This document shows, piece by piece, positions 41,688 through 44,053 of a stretch of DNA of 44,053 bases. A model generated the notes under the pieces. That model saw only the letters and a list, made by a program, of their open reading frames with translations, searched no databases and was not told the DNA's origin. The stretch covers positions 1 through 44,053 of the forward strand of contig JBAPXA010000280.1 of NCBI GenBank assembly GCA_049283975.1, written 5' to 3'. This DNA is from Pyrinomonadaceae bacterium. Lineage in GTDB: Bacteria > Acidobacteriota > Blastocatellia > Pyrinomonadales > Pyrinomonadaceae. The stretch's first letter is position 1, and the number at the start of each line of letters is the position of its first letter. The translations under genes and the position numbers were made by a program.

Positions 41688-42773
41688 ATGGAATGTCTCT
41701 CATGCGGCGCGCCCATTGAATCCGGATTGGATCAATGTCGCCAATGCACCGCAGGAGCCCGCATGGAAAGTTCTGATATTTCGGCCGCACATGGTGATGA
41801 GCCAGCCTACAGCGCCGCACAAGGTTCAAAACTAATCGAGTTTCCTGGAGTATCGCGCAGCACCGTTCCTCAATGGCGAAAGGAATTGAGCGAACGCGTG
41901 CGCGAGGTTCAGGAGAAACGCGCGCGCGAGGAAGCCCTGGAGCTTTCAGTCGAAAAGGGGGCGGAGCTGAGTGAGGCGATGGCACAGTTGGAACTGCTTC
42001 CCCAGGCTGAGGCTGCTCCGTTAAATCCCCTCGTTGCGGCAGCGCTGCGGCGGATTGAGCGGGCTCACGACGCCCAGGCATATTCAAGCAGCTTGTCGGG
42101 CTCAACTGCGGTCGCGTACGCGGCACCGATGCTGCGGCGCGAAACTGCGATTGATCAAACGACTCCTGTGGCAGCGACGATTGAGAATGATGAGGAATTG
42201 CAACCGCGCCCAGCCGAGAAGCCCCACAACCTTGTAGTCGTTCCCGCGCCAACAAGCGTTGAGACAAATGTGCCGAAGCCAAAGCGGATGATTGGTGACC
42301 TTAACGATCCTGCGCTCAACTATCTGGACTCGGTGCGTACTGCCGCTCGAATTGAAACTTCGCGCTACCAGCCTGCCTCGGTTTCCGCGCGACTCCTAAG
42401 CGCTGTGGTCGACTTAGCAGTTGTGGCCTTGCTTTGCGCTCCCTTCGCCGCCGCGCTGGAACTTACGAATACTAATTGGCAGGTGCCGCGCGTCTGGGTT
42501 CTCGCGGCAGGAATCTTTTCTATCATAGGGTTCCTTTACTTCACTGTTTCCACAGCGCTTACGGGACAAACACTGGGACTTAAACTCTTTTCTCTCCGCA
42601 TCGTCGATGTTCGAACCGGCTTGATTCCCACGGGCACGCAATCTGCCGGACGGGCGCTAATCTATCAGGCGTCATTAATCCTGCTCGGTATCACTTCCGT
42701 CTTTGCGTTGCTCAATCCTGAAGGCTTGACCGCCCACGATCGCATCACCAGAACGGCAGTCGTTCACCGTTAA
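41688..42773 (+). CDS. RDD-family membrane protein with an N-terminal zinc ribbon
   Basis: Preferred start is ATG 41688 with ggagg 9 nt upstream. MECLSCGAPIESGLDQCRQC, a long linker, then a C-terminal RDD-like region (RLLSAVVDLAVV..., TM helices, HDRITRTAVV). Confidence 0.8.
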   Translation: MECLSCGAPIESGLDQCRQCTAGARMESSDISAAHGDEPAYSAAQGSKLIEFPGVSRSTVPQWRKELSERVREVQEKRAREEALELSVEKGAELSEAMAQLELLPQAEAAPLNPLVAAALRRIERAHDAQAYSSSLSGSTAVAYAAPMLRRETAIDQTTPVAATIENDEELQPRPAEKPHNLVVVPAPTSVETNVPKPKRMIGDLNDPALNYLDSVRTAARIETSRYQPASVSARLLSAVVDLAVVALLCAPFAAALELTNTNWQVPRVWVLAAGIFSIIGFLYFTVSTALTGQTLGLKLFSLRIVDVRTGLIPTGTQSAGRALIYQASLILLGITSVFALLNPEGLTAHDRITRTAVVHR

Positions 42774-42792
42774 TACCGCAAACATCCGACTC

Positions 42793-42823
42793 CGGGGCTC
42801 TCGGTTGAGAGCCCCTTTTCGTT
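42793..42823 (+). terminator. Rho-independent terminator
   Basis: Stem ggggctctc / gagagcccc with loop ggtt, followed by ttttcgttt. Confidence 0.7.
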
Positions 42824-42856
42824 TGCCTCGCCTATTCTGTTAGCCTCCACAGACCG

Positions 42857-44053
42857 ATGCGTCAGGAAACCATTCAGGCAATTGTTGCAGAACTGGAAAA
42901 GGCGTTGCTCAATCACACCGTGGGTCGTGTGTTTCAATTATCGCCTTTCTCCCTCGCACTTGATTTTGGCGCTCGCAACGCCGGGTATCTTTTTGTCAGC
43001 GCGGAACCAGCTCAACCACGAATCTATTTGATTAAGCGAAGCGCGAAAGAGCTGGAGAAGCAGTCGCAGCCGCCTGCCCTCTTCGCACAAGCACTGCGCT
43101 CCGTTTTTGCGGGAGCGCGACTAGAAGCCATAGCCAAGGATGAAACCGAACGTGTTGTTCGTCTACGATTTCTGGCTGTGGACGAGCTGGGTGAACGAAG
43201 TATTAATACCCTCGTCTGCCAACTAACCGGCCGCTCGGCAAATCTCTTCCTGTTGGATCCTGCTGATCAGATTCGTTACGCACTGAGATCACCCAAAGGC
43301 GAGGGACAGCAGCCAGGTCAAATCTACCAATCTCCCGCACCTCAGCCCGCCCGCTCGGCAGACACGCAGGTAGAACCTTCTGAGATTGAGCGCGGGGAAT
43401 TCCCTTCTCTGTCTCAAGCACTCGACGACCATTACACGCGCCTCGAGCGGTCGCAAGCGTTTGCAAACCGCGCCCAACTAGTGGGGGATCGCATCAAGAA
43501 GGAGCTTGCCCAGCGTCGCAAACTTAACAAAAATTTGGAGCGCGATCTGGCTGGACATGGCGATCCGGAGCAACACAAGCGCCTTGGAGATCTGCTGCTC
43601 GCTAATATCGCGACGGCTGTTCGTACGGGCAATGGGGTGAGTATTAAGGACTACTATTCCGAAGGGGCACCGACGCTTGTGCTGGAGGTCGATAAGGACA
43701 GTTCACTCCAGGATGAGGCTGGCCGCTATTTCTCTCGTTACACGAAAGCTAAGCGCGCCGCTCGGGAAATCAGCGCCCGGCTGGCAATGCTTGAACCCGA
43801 GCTTTCGCAATTGCAAAAACGCCAGGGCGAGCTCGAGAGAATTGTAGCCGCTGGAGATGAGGCGGGGCTGCGGCAATACGAAGCGCCGGCAAATCAGGCG
43901 CGGCCGAAAACAAAAAAGAAGCAGGACGAGAAGTTCCCCGGTGTGCGTCGTTATCTATCTTCAGACGATTACGAAATCCTTGTTGGTCGCGCCGCGCAAA
44001 CGAACGACAGGCTGACTTTCAAGATCGCCAGGCCCCACGACCTTTGGTTACAC
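42857..44053 (+). CDS. NFACT-family (FbpA/RqcH-like) protein, 3'-truncated by the window edge
   Basis: Manual translation from ATG 42857: MRQETIQAIVAELEKALLNHTVGRVFQLSPFSLALDFG... The frame stays open to the window end, finishing in DDYEILVGRAAQTNDRLTFKIARPHDLWLH (NFACT-R/DUF814-like motif). It is absent from the ORF track because no stop codon is reached. Confidence 0.85.
   Translation, partial: MRQETIQAIVAELEKALLNHTVGRVFQLSPFSLALDFGARNAGYLFVSAEPAQPRIYLIKRSAKELEKQSQPPALFAQALRSVFAGARLEAIAKDETERVVRLRFLAVDELGERSINTLVCQLTGRSANLFLLDPADQIRYALRSPKGEGQQPGQIYQSPAPQPARSADTQVEPSEIERGEFPSLSQALDDHYTRLERSQAFANRAQLVGDRIKKELAQRRKLNKNLERDLAGHGDPEQHKRLGDLLLANIATAVRTGNGVSIKDYYSEGAPTLVLEVDKDSSLQDEAGRYFSRYTKAKRAAREISARLAMLEPELSQLQKRQGELERIVAAGDEAGLRQYEAPANQARPKTKKKQDEKFPGVRRYLSSDDYEILVGRAAQTNDRLTFKIARPHDLWLH

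Noticed and set aside
40514-42282. Long antisense ORFs (40514..41128, 204 aa; 41578..42282, 234 aa), and similar ones opposite other genes (1557..2123, 3897..4466, 31867..32433, 14047..14490)
   Set aside because: Each lies opposite an ORF with clear family motifs. They have Arg/Ser/Pro-rich shadow-frame composition typical of GC-rich DNA.

Overview
This is a 44-kb chromosomal window of moderate GC content. Gene content suggests an Acidobacteriota-like soil bacterium, which is inference only: several membrane Ser/Thr kinases with TPR or TolB-type sensor domains, an ECF sigma/anti-sigma pair, DUF4097 proteins, a PulG-like pilin and MoxR-DUF58. All family calls come from by-eye motif recognition; no searches were run. 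Left part (0.2-13.7 kb): a secreted CBM9/DUF5916-like protein; a minus-strand ECF sigma / anti-sigma / DUF4097 / membrane protein / DUF4097 array; a SnoaL-like protein; MoxR-DUF58; an orphan prepilin-type protein; and a TPR protein. Middle part (13.9-31.4 kb) looks accessory. It holds a CadC-like winged-helix/TPR regulator, three Ser/Thr kinases with different sensor modules, and tRNA-Val(CAC) with displaced copies of both its 3' end (30 bp) and its 5' end (15 bp). It also holds two tandem cytoplasmic PF00144 serine-hydrolase paralogs, an unassigned helical protein with an embedded zinc ribbon, and a 31-codon Lys/Ala-rich ORF absent from the ORF track. Intergenic repeats are dense here: nested palindromic hairpin arrays, GGCAG-rich tracts, and a homologous TTGACA-containing module upstream of two kinase genes. 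Right part (31.9-44 kb) is a housekeeping-like minus-strand array: beta-propeller protein, ThiF/MoeB E1-like enzyme, fused AroD-AroE, zinc-ribbon membrane protein, RlmB and a zinc-ribbon protein. It is followed by a lipoprotein, an NYN-domain protein, DUF2203, an RDD protein and a 3'-truncated NFACT/RqcH-like gene. I saw no CRISPR array, rRNA, transposase, integrase or reverse transcriptase, and no recognisable known defence system. The best leads for something undescribed are the tRNA-Val scar region with the kinase-bracketed cassette at 21.1-31.1 kb and its shared cis-module, and the structured repeat families. All of these are hypotheses that need database and comparative checks.
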